Assembly: GCA_964383745.1 (NCBI GenBank)
Contig: CAYLHV010000002.1
Coordinates: forward strand, 19,625 to 83,624
From: an uncultured Rickettsiales bacterium
Lineage (GTDB): Bacteria > Pseudomonadota > Alphaproteobacteria > Rickettsiales > CAYLHV01
Length of the DNA stretch: 64,000 bases
Reading direction: 5' to 3'
Shown: one piece after another, positions 1-11,316 of the stretch
Layout of the letters: each line of letters starts with the position of its first letter
Position numbering within the stretch: the first letter of the stretch is position 1
Notes under the pieces: model-generated
Databases searched by the model: none
The model's input: the letters and a program-made list of their open reading frames with translations, nothing else
Told to the model about the DNA's origin: nothing
Translations under genes and position numbers: made by a program

Positions 1-1373
1 GCACTTTGTCTGGTGGAGAAAGTCAAAGAATTCGCCTTGCTTCACAAATTGGTTCCGGCTTGAGTGGTGTGCTTTATGTGCTTGACGAACCTTCGATTGG
101 ACTGCATCAATCTGACAATCGGAGATTGATTAAGACATTGAAAAATCTCAGAGATCTTGGAAATACGGTGATTGTTGTTGAGCATGATGATGAAACAATG
201 ATTGAAGCAGATTATTTAATTGACGTTGGTCCTGGCGCTGGTGTTCATGGTGGCCAAATTGTGGCACATGGAACTCCCGATGAAGTAAAAAGTCACGAAG
301 AAAGCATCACTGGTCAATATCTCAAAGGAAAAAGGAAAATTCAGATTCCTGAGAAAAGCAGAGCTGGTCATGCTGGTAAGGAAATAGCTCTAAAAGGTGC
401 AAGATCGAATAATTTGAAAAACATTAGCTTCAAAATTCCGCTTGGCACTTTCACATGTGTTTCTGGTGTTTCTGGTGGCGGAAAATCCACCCTAATCATG
501 CATACACTATATAAAGCGGCCATTAGAAAAATGGATGGTAGCAAGGTGATTCCTGGAGAATATGACGAGATTTTGGGGCTGGAACATATTGACAAAATCA
601 TCAAAATTGACCAGTCACCAATTGGGCGCACTCCACGCTCAAACCCCGCCACCTATACTGGCGCTTTTACACATATCAGAGATTGGTTCGTTGATTTGCC
701 CGAATCAAAAGCAAGGGGTTATAAAGCCGGACGTTTTTCCTTCAATGTGAAAGGAGGACGCTGCGAAAGTTGTCAAGGTGAAGGATTAATCAAAATTGAA
801 ATGCATTTCCTACCAGATGTCTATGTGGTTTGTGACGCATGTAATGGCATGAGATATAATCGCGAAACTTTGGAGATTAAATATAAAGGAAAATCAATTT
901 CAGAAGTTTTAACAATGACGGTGGAAGAAGCTTCAGAGTTTTTTGAAAATGTTCCATTAATTAATGAGAAAATCAAGGCCTTAATGGAAGTTGGGCTGAA
1001 TTATATTAAAATTGGACAGCCGGCAACGACATTGTCGGGTGGTGAGGCTCAAAGAGTGAAATTGGCAAAAGAATTATCAAGAAAATCAACAGGTAAGACA
1101 TTATATATTCTCGACGAACCCACAACTGGACTTCATGTGCATGACATTAGCAAATTATTGCAAGTGCTCCATAAATTGGTTGAATTGGGCAATACTGTGC
1201 TTGTGATTGAGCATAATATGGATGTGATTAAAACTTCTGACTATGTGATTGACATTGGCCCTGGTGGAGGAGACAAAGGCGGGGAGCTTGTTTTTGCAGG
1301 AACTCCAAAAGAATTAGCAGAACATGAAGTCAGCGTGACGGGGAAATTTTTGAAGCCCTACATGAAAAATTAA
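1..1373 (+). CDS. uvrA: Excinuclease ABC subunit UvrA, C-terminal part (5' end lies outside the window)
   Basis: ABC signature LSGGE(S/A)QR occurs twice, followed by the Walker B motifs [11 protein letters not shown] and [12 protein letters not shown] Walker A motif GVSGGGKST and the zinc module CESCQGEG...CDACNG are present. The ORF is open to the window edge. Confidence 0.95.
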   Translation, partial: TLSGGESQRIRLASQIGSGLSGVLYVLDEPSIGLHQSDNRRLIKTLKNLRDLGNTVIVVEHDDETMIEADYLIDVGPGAGVHGGQIVAHGTPDEVKSHEESITGQYLKGKRKIQIPEKSRAGHAGKEIALKGARSNNLKNISFKIPLGTFTCVSGVSGGGKSTLIMHTLYKAAIRKMDGSKVIPGEYDEILGLEHIDKIIKIDQSPIGRTPRSNPATYTGAFTHIRDWFVDLPESKARGYKAGRFSFNVKGGRCESCQGEGLIKIEMHFLPDVYVVCDACNGMRYNRETLEIKYKGKSISEVLTMTVEEASEFFENVPLINEKIKALMEVGLNYIKIGQPATTLSGGEAQRVKLAKELSRKSTGKTLYILDEPTTGLHVHDISKLLQVLHKLVELGNTVLVIEHNMDVIKTSDYVIDIGPGGGDKGGELVFAGTPKELAEHEVSVTGKFLKPYMKN

Positions 1374-1453
1374 TGCATTTTCCTGTTGACATTTGGGCTT
1401 TATATGTTTAAATTATGATCATAAAAAAAATTTTACATATGTAAAAATTTGGC

Positions 1454-1642
1454 ATGAATGAAGAGAACAGACCTGGCTTGGTTGACATTTGCATGGAAAT
1501 TGTTGCTATTTTCTGTTTATTTTCATTTTTAGGTTGGATCGTTGACAGATTTTTCTCAAGTGAACCAGTCTTTTTGGCAGTTTTTGCAATTTTGTCTTTC
1601 ATAATTGTGATTTTCAGAATATATGTAAAAAATGTAAAATAA
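1454..1642 (+). CDS. Small two-TM membrane protein, AtpI/AtpZ-like (ATP synthase protein I)
   Basis: The 62-aa product has two hydrophobic helices and sits directly upstream of atpB, as in alphaproteobacterial atpIBEF'F operons. The pattern GW.VDR......P....VF...SF is typical of the AtpZ/AtpI family. Confidence 0.5.
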   Translation: MNEENRPGLVDICMEIVAIFCLFSFLGWIVDRFFSSEPVFLAVFAILSFIIVIFRIYVKNVK

Positions 1643-1669
1643 TTTATATGAGCTTTGAAAGAATCAAGA

Positions 1670-2398
1670 ATGTCTCACAGCCCTCTCAGTCAGTTTGAAA
1701 TCAAACCAATCATTGATCTTAATTTTCTTGGATTTGACATAAGTTTTACAAATTCCGCACTCTTCATGATGCTTTCTGTGGGAATCTTAGGCTTAATGAT
1801 TTTTTCTTTGAAGAGAAAATTGTCAATCATTCCCGGAAGAATGCAGTCTTTTTGTGAGATTATTTACGAATTCACTTCAAACACCATCACTGACAATGTG
1901 GGAAAAGCTGGTTTACAATATTTTCCTCTTGTTTTCAGTCTGTTTATTTTCATTTTATTTTGCAACTTGCTTGGCATGCTGCCCTATGGCTTTACTGTGA
2001 CAAGCCACATTATTGTCACTTTTGCGCTTGCTTTCTTGGTTTTTCTCACAGTGACCATTTTGGGTTTTGTGAAACATGGACTCAAATTTCTTTCACTTTT
2101 CTTGCCAAGCGGCACACCATTATGGCTGGCGCCTCTCATGATTGTCATTGAGCTTTTCACATATATGGCGCGCCCCGTCAGTCTTTCCATTCGTTTGGCG
2201 GCAAATTTGATGGCTGGCCACGTTTTACTGAAGGTCATTGCGGGTTTTGTGTTGATGATGGGGGTGAGTGGTGGTTGGCTGCCAATTCCGTTTTTGGTGC
2301 TTTTCACAGGATTTGAGATTTTTGTTGCAATTTTACAAGCCTATATTTTCACAATTCTGACTTGCGTTTATTTGAATGACGCTGTGAATTTACACTAA
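1670..2398 (+). CDS. atpB: F0F1 ATP synthase subunit a
   Basis: Multi-TM protein containing the conserved [13 protein letters not shown] motif, which includes the essential Arg. I prefer the ATG at 1670 ([11 protein letters not shown]) over the TTG at 1655 given in the ORF track. Confidence 0.93.
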   Translation: MSHSPLSQFEIKPIIDLNFLGFDISFTNSALFMMLSVGILGLMIFSLKRKLSIIPGRMQSFCEIIYEFTSNTITDNVGKAGLQYFPLVFSLFIFILFCNLLGMLPYGFTVTSHIIVTFALAFLVFLTVTILGFVKHGLKFLSLFLPSGTPLWLAPLMIVIELFTYMARPVSLSIRLAANLMAGHVLLKVIAGFVLMMGVSGGWLPIPFLVLFTGFEIFVAILQAYIFTILTCVYLNDAVNLH

Positions 2399-2515
2399 AA
2401 AAACTTGATTTCTGGAATTTAATGCTGGACATTTACTTTACATTGTGATATATATTTGCTTTGAATAATTTTATGTCATTTATATTTTTAATTTTTCTTC
2501 AAGGAGACTCTAATC

Positions 2516-2740
2516 ATGGATTCTGAATCACTAAAATTTATCGCAATTGGTCTAATGGCATTTGGAATGCTTGGGGCTGCGATTGGCGTTGGAAGCATTT
2601 TCTCTGCACTCCTTAATGGAATTGCTAGAAACCCTTCAGCTGAAAATAAACTCACAAGATATGCCATCATTGGCGCAGGTATGGCAGAAGCCATGGGTAT
2701 TTTTGCTCTGGTTGTTGCTTTGATCTTGATGTTTAAATGA
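2516..2740 (+). CDS. atpE: F0F1 ATP synthase subunit c
   Basis: 74-aa helical hairpin with the loop motif GIARNP and the carboxylate helix [17 protein letters not shown]. An AGGAG Shine-Dalgarno sequence lies upstream. Confidence 0.93.
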   Translation: MDSESLKFIAIGLMAFGMLGAAIGVGSIFSALLNGIARNPSAENKLTRYAIIGAGMAEAMGIFALVVALILMFK

Positions 2741-2764
2741 ATTTTGAGACAAAATTTCTTGAGA

Positions 2765-2800
2765 AGCGCAAGGGTCTTTAATTGTCTCTTGCGTTTTTCT
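2765..2800 (+). terminator. Candidate rho-independent terminator or attenuator after atpE
   Basis: The stem CGCAAG (2767-2772) pairs with CTTGCG (2788-2793) and is followed by TTTTT. Flanking GAGAA/TTCTC could extend the stem. Confidence 0.45.
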
Positions 2801-2830
2801 CAATTTAACTTAACTATTTAAGAAAAATAA

Positions 2831-3325
2831 ATGCCACAGTTAGAATATAGCAGTTTTCTTCCACAATTATTTTGGCTTGCAGTTTCATTCACAGCCATTT
2901 TCTTCCTCACTAGAATTTTTGTCTCAAGAATTGGAGAAATTGTCTCTTTAAGACATGAAAAACTTCAAAAAGATCTTGAGATCATTAAGAAATCTCAAGA
3001 AGAAGCTGTGAGAATTGAAGAGACTTATGTAAATCATCTTAATTCTGTGAAAATTGAAGCCTCAGCCAAGATTGAAAATGCAATCAAAGAGGGAGGAAAA
3101 CGCTTCCAGACTAAAGAAAAGGAAATTGATGGTTCTTTGAAAGAAAAAATCGAGTCGGCAAAACAAGCAATTGATTCAGAAATTGTTAATGTTAGAAAAG
3201 AAATTCATTTTCTTCTTCCAACAGTCATTTCGCAAATGGTGAATAAAGTTGCTGGATTTGAATATAAGACTGATAACATTAAAGTATTTTTGAATAAATA
3301 TGCCAAAAATACGGATCAAGAATAA
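2831..3325 (+). CDS. F0F1 ATP synthase subunit b'
   Basis: The N-terminus MPQLE...FLPQLFWLAVSF is typical of alphaproteobacterial b'. The protein has a single TM helix followed by a long charged helix and lies between atpE and atpF. Confidence 0.85.
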   Translation: MPQLEYSSFLPQLFWLAVSFTAIFFLTRIFVSRIGEIVSLRHEKLQKDLEIIKKSQEEAVRIEETYVNHLNSVKIEASAKIENAIKEGGKRFQTKEKEIDGSLKEKIESAKQAIDSEIVNVRKEIHFLLPTVISQMVNKVAGFEYKTDNIKVFLNKYAKNTDQE

Positions 3326-3346
3326 TTACTTAGGTTTAAAGACATT

Positions 3347-3844
3347 ATGACAGAAATTTTTAACGAACAATTTTGGGTGGCATGTTCATTCTTCATTTTT
3401 ATTGCACTTGTTGGCAGGCCTTTTAAAAATGCTTTAATTAATTTTCTTGATGAAAGAGCTGCAAAAATTACAAAAGACCTTTCAAACGCTGAAAAACTTA
3501 ATGCAGAATCTCTGCGAAATTTAGAGCAGGTGCAATTATTGCATGATCAGGCAAAAAAACAGGCTGAGCAAATCATTGAAAAAGCCAGCAAAGAGGCTTT
3601 AAGAATTGCAGCTGATTTTGAGGCAAAAGCAGAAGAGATGATTAGGCAAAAAGAACTTATCGCAACTCAAAAAATTAAATCCTATGAAAATTTAGTCAAA
3701 GAAAATTTAAGAAAAGAAGCTGCAACCACAGCTATTGAAATTGTGAAACAAATCATTAATGAGCAGCTTGACTCAGAAACTGCGGCAAAAATCCTGGAAA
3801 ATTCCATTGAAAACATGATTTTAACAACAAAAAAGCTACATTAA
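3347..3844 (+). CDS. atpF: F0F1 ATP synthase subunit b
   Basis: Single N-terminal TM helix (FWVACSFFIFIALVG) followed by a long coiled helix. It is the second b-type gene of the operon. Confidence 0.85.
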   Translation: MTEIFNEQFWVACSFFIFIALVGRPFKNALINFLDERAAKITKDLSNAEKLNAESLRNLEQVQLLHDQAKKQAEQIIEKASKEALRIAADFEAKAEEMIRQKELIATQKIKSYENLVKENLRKEAATTAIEIVKQIINEQLDSETAAKILENSIENMILTTKKLH

Positions 3845-3950
3845 TTTTGTAAAATCAATCTCTGCTTGAAATGCTTCACTTTGTACTTTATAAAATCTTA
3901 TAATTTTGCTAAAATTATATTTTGGGTTTTGATCAATGATGATCTTGTAG

Positions 3951-5072
<1,122 letters not shown>

Positions 5073-5093
5073 AATTAAGTCATGAATTGATTA

Positions 5094-5930
5094 ATGGAAA
5101 CTCGTAAAATTGACCAAAGCAAGATGAATTCTCCTTGGAGTGTCTTTAAAACGCTCTTTAAAAGAATTTCTCTGGTCATTTCTTTTTGTTTAATTCTTCT
5201 CTTTTTCTTCACTTGGAAAACTGAAAATGTTCTTGCAAGAAAATTACGCTCTTCAATTCTTGACATTTGCTACCCTGCTTTGGCAAGCATGACTTCATTC
5301 GTGGATGCAAGCTATGAATTTGTGGAATATTCTAAAATATTCTTCACAATTAAAGATGAAAATCAAAATCTGAAAGCTAAGATTCAGCAGCTTGAAGGAG
5401 AGATTGAATTTTCTAAAAAATTTGAGAAAGAAAATCAAGAGCTAAAAAAACTTTTAAAATTTGTTGAAGAATCGGAATTTTTGTTTAAATCGGCAAAAGT
5501 CATTGGCTCTAGTAATAATAGTTTCATTAAATCAATTTTGATTGATATTGGGCTTAATGAAGGTGCGCAGGTTGGACAAGCGGTGGTGAATCATCATGGC
5601 GTTGTTGGCAGAATCATTGAGGTTGGCGACACACATTCTCGCGTTTTGCTTGTCACTGACTATAACTCAAAAATTCCAGTGATTGGAATGTCCAGCAGAG
5701 AACACGCAATTCTTTATGGGCAGAATGATGATCTTCTGAAATTGTCTTTCTATGAAAAAAATCACGATTTTGAAATTGGCGAAACTCTTATCACGTCAGG
5801 CGATGGCGGACTTTTCCCTCCGGGCTACCCAATTGCCACCATTGTGGATATTGAAGAAAACAGAATTCTGGCAACATCAGTCACTAAATGGAGCTTGATT
5901 GATTTTGTGAGTGTTTTATATAAAAATTAG
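5094..5930 (+). CDS. mreC: Rod shape-determining protein MreC
   Basis: N-terminal TM helix, coiled-coil segment (ENQNLKAKIQQLEGE), and beta domains containing GQAVVNHHGVVGRIIEVGDTHSRVLLVTD. It lies directly after mreB. Confidence 0.88.
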   Translation: METRKIDQSKMNSPWSVFKTLFKRISLVISFCLILLFFFTWKTENVLARKLRSSILDICYPALASMTSFVDASYEFVEYSKIFFTIKDENQNLKAKIQQLEGEIEFSKKFEKENQELKKLLKFVEESEFLFKSAKVIGSSNNSFIKSILIDIGLNEGAQVGQAVVNHHGVVGRIIEVGDTHSRVLLVTDYNSKIPVIGMSSREHAILYGQNDDLLKLSFYEKNHDFEIGETLITSGDGGLFPPGYPIATIVDIEENRILATSVTKWSLIDFVSVLYKN

Positions 5931-6116
5931 AGCTCTCCATCATGTGGATTTTGGGCGATTAGGTTGATTACAAGAGTGCAGCGTGATAAATTTACTACGT
6001 TTATTTTCAAATTATGACAAAATAGAAGGGGATTTTTTAATTTTTGATTAAAAGATCATATACACGTACTAGATTAGCTTCGGGAATATTAATTTAATAT
6101 ATTTTATAGGTTTGCT

Positions 6117-7049
6117 ATGGGTACTATCGATAGAAATATCATGAATTTTTTTGGAAAACGCTATCTTCCTAGAGAAGTAGTGCAGGAGTATGAGGATTAT
6201 GTTTTATACATAAAGGAAAAAATTCTTGCAGGCATTGATACTTTTAAGGTGGATCAAGATCCTCCAGATAATGCAATTACAATACCAAAAGACTTATATG
6301 CCGATGAAAAGATTATGGATGAATTAGTGAAAATTCTGGAGAATTATGACGACGTTATTTGGGTGGATTTTGATCGGACATATTTAACAAATGAGCAAAC
6401 TGCAAAGATTTATGCAACTCAGAATGATAAAGTTAAAATTAATTTTAGAGCAGAAATTTCTTACAAATTTACATTAGAGAAAACGCAAAATATTTTAGAA
6501 AATCTTGTTGAAAATTCTGCACCAACTGAGTTAATTGTAAATTTGAAGAAACAAGAATATGCGGAGTTATTAAAAAAATATGTTAATGATATTAATGTGA
6601 CTCAGTTTCAATTTGTGTATGAATGTGATGCTGTTGATAATATTATTTTTCTCCCGGTTGCTGAATATGATTACAAGAACAATGTTGAGAGACCTAGAAA
6701 TGAAGCCATCTTTGAGATGGCATTAAGTAGAATTAAAAAATATCAAGCATGTGAAACTATTGATCTTCCTCATGATGATGCGACTTTAATTCAAATTGCA
6801 AATCATGAATTATATCATTTAGAGTGGAATTTGGGTCTTTTTGGGAGTTTTTCTAAATATTATCAGCGCCAGGGGAAATTTCATATTCCTGAACTTATTG
6901 CTAAAGCCTTGGGTTCGAAAATAATGTTTGATGAGGATGAGTCTAAAATTAAATATTTTCAAGATCATGTAGAAAATGGCCAGTCTCCGAGCCCAGAGGC
7001 TTTAGAAGAAGCTTGGGAGAATTTATGGTATAAGGCTGATTTGGCTTGA
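6117..7049 (+). CDS. Hypothetical protein with a single HExxH motif (family not recognised)
   Basis: 310-aa ORF with no TM helix or signal peptide. HELYH is encoded at 6804-6818. The gene follows a 186-nt spacer after mreC, and its 3' end overlaps the convergent dapF by 27 nt. Confidence 0.6.
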   Translation: MGTIDRNIMNFFGKRYLPREVVQEYEDYVLYIKEKILAGIDTFKVDQDPPDNAITIPKDLYADEKIMDELVKILENYDDVIWVDFDRTYLTNEQTAKIYATQNDKVKINFRAEISYKFTLEKTQNILENLVENSAPTELIVNLKKQEYAELLKKYVNDINVTQFQFVYECDAVDNIIFLPVAEYDYKNNVERPRNEAIFEMALSRIKKYQACETIDLPHDDATLIQIANHELYHLEWNLGLFGSFSKYYQRQGKFHIPELIAKALGSKIMFDEDESKIKYFQDHVENGQSPSPEALEEAWENLWYKADLA

Positions 7050-7859
7050 GAGAGATGTTCTATCTATGCGACCTTGGAAAATTATTTCTGCTGGGCCTTC
7101 CATTAGAAGATTTTCATTTTCATCTAAAGTGATGGAAATCACGCCGCCTTCATTGATGGTGGCAATTTTACTGTCTCTTGGTAAAATTCCTCCCATGATT
7201 CCAGCGTATACCGAAGCTGTGGCGCCGCTTCCGCAGGCAAGAGTGAAGCCAGATCCGCGCTCATGAGTCACTAGTTTGATTTTGTTTTTTTCTAGAATCT
7301 CAACAAAATTCACATTGATTCCATTTTCAAAAAATAAATCTAGTGCTTGAGAAAATTTTTTTATATCGCTTTTGTCAGGCATGTTTTTGACGAAAATCAC
7401 TAAATGTGGATTAGAGACATTCACCAGGAAAATAGATTCACTGACTCTCCTTAAAATCTTAGCAACGCTGCCAGGCGGTTCTTGCAGTTCAGCCTTTCCC
7501 ATGTTGACCATGAATGAGTTTTTTGAAATGGATTTCACATTAATGATTCTTCTTGAAACTAAAATTTTGACTTCTGCAATGCCCTGCTCTTGGCTGATGA
7601 TTTTTGCCACGCAGCGAGTTGCATTTCCGCATGCTTCTGCTTGAGAGCCATTTTGATTATGAATGATCATTTCGCAATCAGCTGCTGCAGAATTTCTGAT
7701 TAAAATTAACTGATCAGCGCCAATGCCGAATTTACGGTGACATAAAAATTGAATTTCTTTGACAGTTAGATTTTTTTGTTTCTCTCTCTCATCAATGATG
7801 ATGAAATCATTTCCGGCACCATGCGCTTTGATGAAAAAAATTTCTTTCTCAAACTTCAT
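7023..7859 (-). CDS. dapF: Diaminopimelate epimerase
   Basis: Contains KAHGAGNDFIIID and both catalytic Cys contexts, GNATRC and LACGSGATAS. Confidence 0.92.
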   Translation of the reverse strand: MKFEKEIFFIKAHGAGNDFIIIDEREKQKNLTVKEIQFLCHRKFGIGADQLILIRNSAAADCEMIIHNQNGSQAEACGNATRCVAKIISQEQGIAEVKILVSRRIINVKSISKNSFMVNMGKAELQEPPGSVAKILRRVSESIFLVNVSNPHLVIFVKNMPDKSDIKKFSQALDLFFENGINVNFVEILEKNKIKLVTHERGSGFTLACGSGATASVYAGIMGGILPRDSKIATINEGGVISITLDENENLLMEGPAEIIFQGRIDRTSLSSQISLIP

Positions 7860-8850
7860 AAAAATTCTTTGCTTGCAACATGATTTCAGAGATGATCTCT
7901 GCAGCGGGTTTTTCTGACTTCACCATGCCAACTGCTTGACCAGCCATTAAAGAACCATTTTCAACATCTCCGTCGATGACGGCTTTGCGCAAGGCTCCGG
8001 CCCAAAAATGCTCAATTCTCAGCTGGGCTTCTTCTTTTGTCACTTGACCATTTTCAAAAAGATTAATTGTTTCCCTTTGCACTTTGATGAAATTCTTGCT
8101 TGCTTGATTTTCAATTGCTCTGACAGGAATGACTGGAAAATTTTCGTCAACTTGCACAGAAGCCACCGCATCACGCGCATTTGCTTTAATGAAAACTTGC
8201 TTAAAATTTGCATGAGCAATTGACTCATTTGCGCAAACAAAAACAGTGCCAAGCTGACAACCAGCAGCACCCATTTTGAGATAGGCCACCATGGCTTCTC
8301 CGCGGGCAATGCCACCAGCAACAAAAACTGGCACTAAATCTTTTACCTCAGGCAGAATTTCTTGGGCAAGAACTGAAGTTGAGACTGGGCCAATGTGACC
8401 ACCAGCTTCCATTCCTTCAATCACAAGCGCATCAGCACCATGTTTGATTAATCTTTTTGCAATGACTAAAGCTGGAGCGAAACAAATCACTTTTACTCCG
8501 CATTCTTTTAGTCTTTTAATTTGGTTTTGTTTCGGAATGCCGCCCGCAAGCACGACATGCGTCACAGAATTTTTAATGCAAGTCTCAATTAATGAGTCAA
8601 TTTCTGGATGCATTGTGATTAAATTAACTCCAAAAGGCTTGTCAGTTAGTGCAAAAGTTGCTTTAATTTCTTGCTCAAGCAAAGCAGAATTCATTGAACC
8701 ACATGCAATGACACCGAAACCGCCAGCATTTGAAATTGCAGCAACCAGATTTCTTTCTGAAACCCATGACATTGCTCCACCCATGATTGCGAATTTGCTT
8801 CCTAGAAAATCTGTCCCTTTCTTGCAAATTGCATCAAAATTTTGTGACAT
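7849..8850 (-). CDS. Nitronate monooxygenase family flavoprotein (FabK-like enoyl-ACP reductase II candidate)
   Basis: TIM-barrel FMN motifs are present: GGAMSWVS, AISNAGGFGVI, IEGMEAGGHIG, VAGGIARGEA and CQLGTVF. I chose the ATG at 8850 (MSQNFD), preceded by GGAAGAGG. Confidence 0.8.
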   Translation of the reverse strand: MSQNFDAICKKGTDFLGSKFAIMGGAMSWVSERNLVAAISNAGGFGVIACGSMNSALLEQEIKATFALTDKPFGVNLITMHPEIDSLIETCIKNSVTHVVLAGGIPKQNQIKRLKECGVKVICFAPALVIAKRLIKHGADALVIEGMEAGGHIGPVSTSVLAQEILPEVKDLVPVFVAGGIARGEAMVAYLKMGAAGCQLGTVFVCANESIAHANFKQVFIKANARDAVASVQVDENFPVIPVRAIENQASKNFIKVQRETINLFENGQVTKEEAQLRIEHFWAGALRKAVIDGDVENGSLMAGQAVGMVKSEKPAAEIISEIMLQAKNFYEV

Positions 8851-8851
8851 T

Positions 8852-10138
8852 TTAAACCTCTTCCGTTGCAAGAGCGTTGATTCGGTCAAGACCAAAAACT
8901 GCATGCAAAGATTCAACTGCTCTTTTCATGTGAATTGCGTCAATGACAAGGCTGATTCTCATCTCTGATGTTGAAATGACTTTTATGTTAATGGAATTTT
9001 TGGCGAGTATTTTGAAAATTTCCATGGCAACAACAGAATTATTTTTCTGGCCATTTGTTTTAATGCCAAGACCAATTACTGAAATTTTGCTGATTTCTTC
9101 TTCAATTAGAATATTTTCATATTTTATAACATTTTTGTTATTTTCCAGTAAGTTATGAGCTTTTTTGATTTGCATTTTAGGAATTGTGAAGCTGATTTCA
9201 ACGTGAATATTATCTTTGCTTGCTGTTTGAACAATTGTGTCTGTGATGATTTCTTCATCGGCAAGGAGAGAAAAAATGTTTGAGATGACTCCTGGCTTGT
9301 CAAGAAGTCCGGTCAAAGTCACAATTGCTTCATTTTCTTTACATGCAATTCCCGTTACAGGGTTTTGAGAAAGCAAATCTTCGTCATTATAGGTGATTAA
9401 AGTACCGTCATTTTCTGAGAAACTTGACAGAACTTTTAAGGGCATGTTATGTTTCATGGCCATTTCAACCGCTCTTTCATGCACAACTTTTGCGCCTAAA
9501 GCGGACATTTCCAACATTTCTTCGTAAGATATTTTATTGATTTTAGAAGCATTTACGGTGATTCTTGGGTCAGTTGTATAGACTCCGTCAACGTCAGTAT
9601 ATATGTCACATCTTTCGGCATTTAATTTGACACTTAAAGCGACAGCGGAAATGTCTGAGCCTCCTCTGCCAAGTGTCATGATTCTGTTTTTCTCGTTAAC
9701 TCCTTGAAAACCTGCAACAATTGGCACAATTCCTTCTGCAAAATCTTGCTCCAAAAGAGAAATGTTCACATTTTCGATTTTTGCATTACTATGTGACCCT
9801 TTAGTGCGAAAAGGAAGCTGCCAGCCAAGATAGGATTTTGAACGAATGCCATTAGAAAGCAAGGCAAGAGCAAGCAAACCTGAGGTCACTTGTTCTCCAG
9901 AAGAAATGATTGCGTCATATTCTGCAAGCTCTTCATCTGTAAAAAAATCTTTATTTTTCTTATTTGCAGCTTGGCGAGACCATTCAACAAGTTGATCTGT
10001 GACGCCGGCCATTGCGGAAACAACCACAGCAACTTTGCTGCCTTTTTTAAGCTCAGCTTCCACTTTTTTTGCCACATTTCTGATGTGATTAATGTCTGCA
10101 ACAGATGTTCCACCAAATTTTTGTACAATTATGCTCAT
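8852..10138 (-). CDS. lysC: Aspartate kinase
   Basis: Contains VQKFGGTSVADI, GRGGSDISAVAL and YTDVDGVYTTDPR, followed by C-terminal ACT repeats. Start taken at MSIIVQKFGG. Confidence 0.92.
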   Translation of the reverse strand: MSIIVQKFGGTSVADINHIRNVAKKVEAELKKGSKVAVVVSAMAGVTDQLVEWSRQAANKKNKDFFTDEELAEYDAIISSGEQVTSGLLALALLSNGIRSKSYLGWQLPFRTKGSHSNAKIENVNISLLEQDFAEGIVPIVAGFQGVNEKNRIMTLGRGGSDISAVALSVKLNAERCDIYTDVDGVYTTDPRITVNASKINKISYEEMLEMSALGAKVVHERAVEMAMKHNMPLKVLSSFSENDGTLITYNDEDLLSQNPVTGIACKENEAIVTLTGLLDKPGVISNIFSLLADEEIITDTIVQTASKDNIHVEISFTIPKMQIKKAHNLLENNKNVIKYENILIEEEISKISVIGLGIKTNGQKNNSVVAMEIFKILAKNSINIKVISTSEMRISLVIDAIHMKRAVESLHAVFGLDRINALATEEV

Positions 10139-10299
10139 TTCTCGTGACTCAAAAACCAATAAATTTCGAATATATTCAAATAACTTTCATGATTAATGAA
10201 TCATCAAATCACAGTTATTCCAAACTCATTCTACGTCATATTATCAAATTATGCAAGAGATTTTGCTTAAATTAAAGCTAGAGTCGCTAGTTTTATTAC

Positions 10300-11316
10300 T
10301 CAAATCTTCTTTAAGTAAGCTTCAAGCTCCTCTATTGTAGGCAGCTCTGACTTGATATTTTCTGGGATTGCCTTATCAATTCTATATTCAGATAGGCCTA
10401 TTGGTTTTGACATGTCTCTTAAGGCATATTCTGCTAGAACGTTGTTTTTTGTTTTGCATAAAATCAATCCTATTGATGGATTGTCTGATTCATGTTTTAA
10501 AAGATCATCAACTGCTGAGAGATAAAAATTCATTTTCCCAGCATATTCTGGTTTAAACTCTTGATCTTTAAGCTCAATTATGATGAAAGATCTGAGTTTT
10601 ATATGATAAAATAATAGATCAATGTAAAAATCTTGATCAGCAATCTCCAAATGATATTGCCTTCCTACGAATGCGAATCCGGCTCCTAATTCTAGAAGAA
10701 ACTTTTCTACATATTGAACTAAATTTTTCTCCATCTCTCTTTCATGGGCTTGTTTACCTAAATTGAGAAAATCAAAAATATAGGGGTCTTTCAATATGTT
10801 ATTTGCAAGTTCCGATTGTGTGCTTTCCAGTGTTTTATCAAAATTTGTGATTGCTTTGCCTTTTCTCTGATGAAGTTTTGCTTCAATTTGTGAAACCATG
10901 ACATTTCTGGACCAATTATTCTCTATGGCTTCTTTAATGTAAAATAACCTGGTTCTTTTGTCTGAGATTTTATCAATTAATGTTATGTTATGATACCAGG
11001 TCAATTGTGCAAGAGGCGCTTGCACAAATTCATAATCGGGATATTCCTGGGCAAATTTTCTCATATATTTCAGACTCCTAGGAGAAAATCCCTTCATTTG
11101 TGGAAATTCTGACTTTAAATCTTGTGATAATTTATCAATGATTTTTGCTCCCCAGGCATTTTCTTCTTGAGATTTCAATATCATGAGACCTATGGCGTGA
11201 TATAGCAGAATTAGCTCTTTATTAACATATTGCGCGGCTCTGCTTTGTGATTTTGAGACTTGATTTTTAATTTGTGCAAAAAAATCATTATATTTTTCAG
11301 TTGTGATTTCGCTCAT
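10300..11316 (-). CDS. DUF1016 / YhcG-like PD-(D/E)xK nuclease family protein
   Basis: The C-terminal core FYIDLLFYHIKLRSFIIIELK matches the PD-(D/E)xK pattern D...ELK. The N-terminal helical region resembles YhcG-type proteins. The gene stands alone, with non-coding flanks of about 130-160 nt. Confidence 0.8.
   Translation of the reverse strand: MSEITTEKYNDFFAQIKNQVSKSQSRAAQYVNKELILLYHAIGLMILKSQEENAWGAKIIDKLSQDLKSEFPQMKGFSPRSLKYMRKFAQEYPDYEFVQAPLAQLTWYHNITLIDKISDKRTRLFYIKEAIENNWSRNVMVSQIEAKLHQRKGKAITNFDKTLESTQSELANNILKDPYIFDFLNLGKQAHEREMEKNLVQYVEKFLLELGAGFAFVGRQYHLEIADQDFYIDLLFYHIKLRSFIIIELKDQEFKPEYAGKMNFYLSAVDDLLKHESDNPSIGLILCKTKNNVLAEYALRDMSKPIGLSEYRIDKAIPENIKSELPTIEELEAYLKKI

Noticed and set aside
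1386-1414. TTGACA-17 nt-TAAATT upstream of the atp operon as a promoter
   Set aside because: It is plausible, but the -10 hexamer is weak and AT-rich spacers generate many such matches. I did not list it as a feature.
8444-8968. 174-aa plus-strand ORF spanning the junction of the NMO-family gene and lysC
   Set aside because: It is antisense to two well-supported genes and crosses their boundary. It has no recognisable motif.
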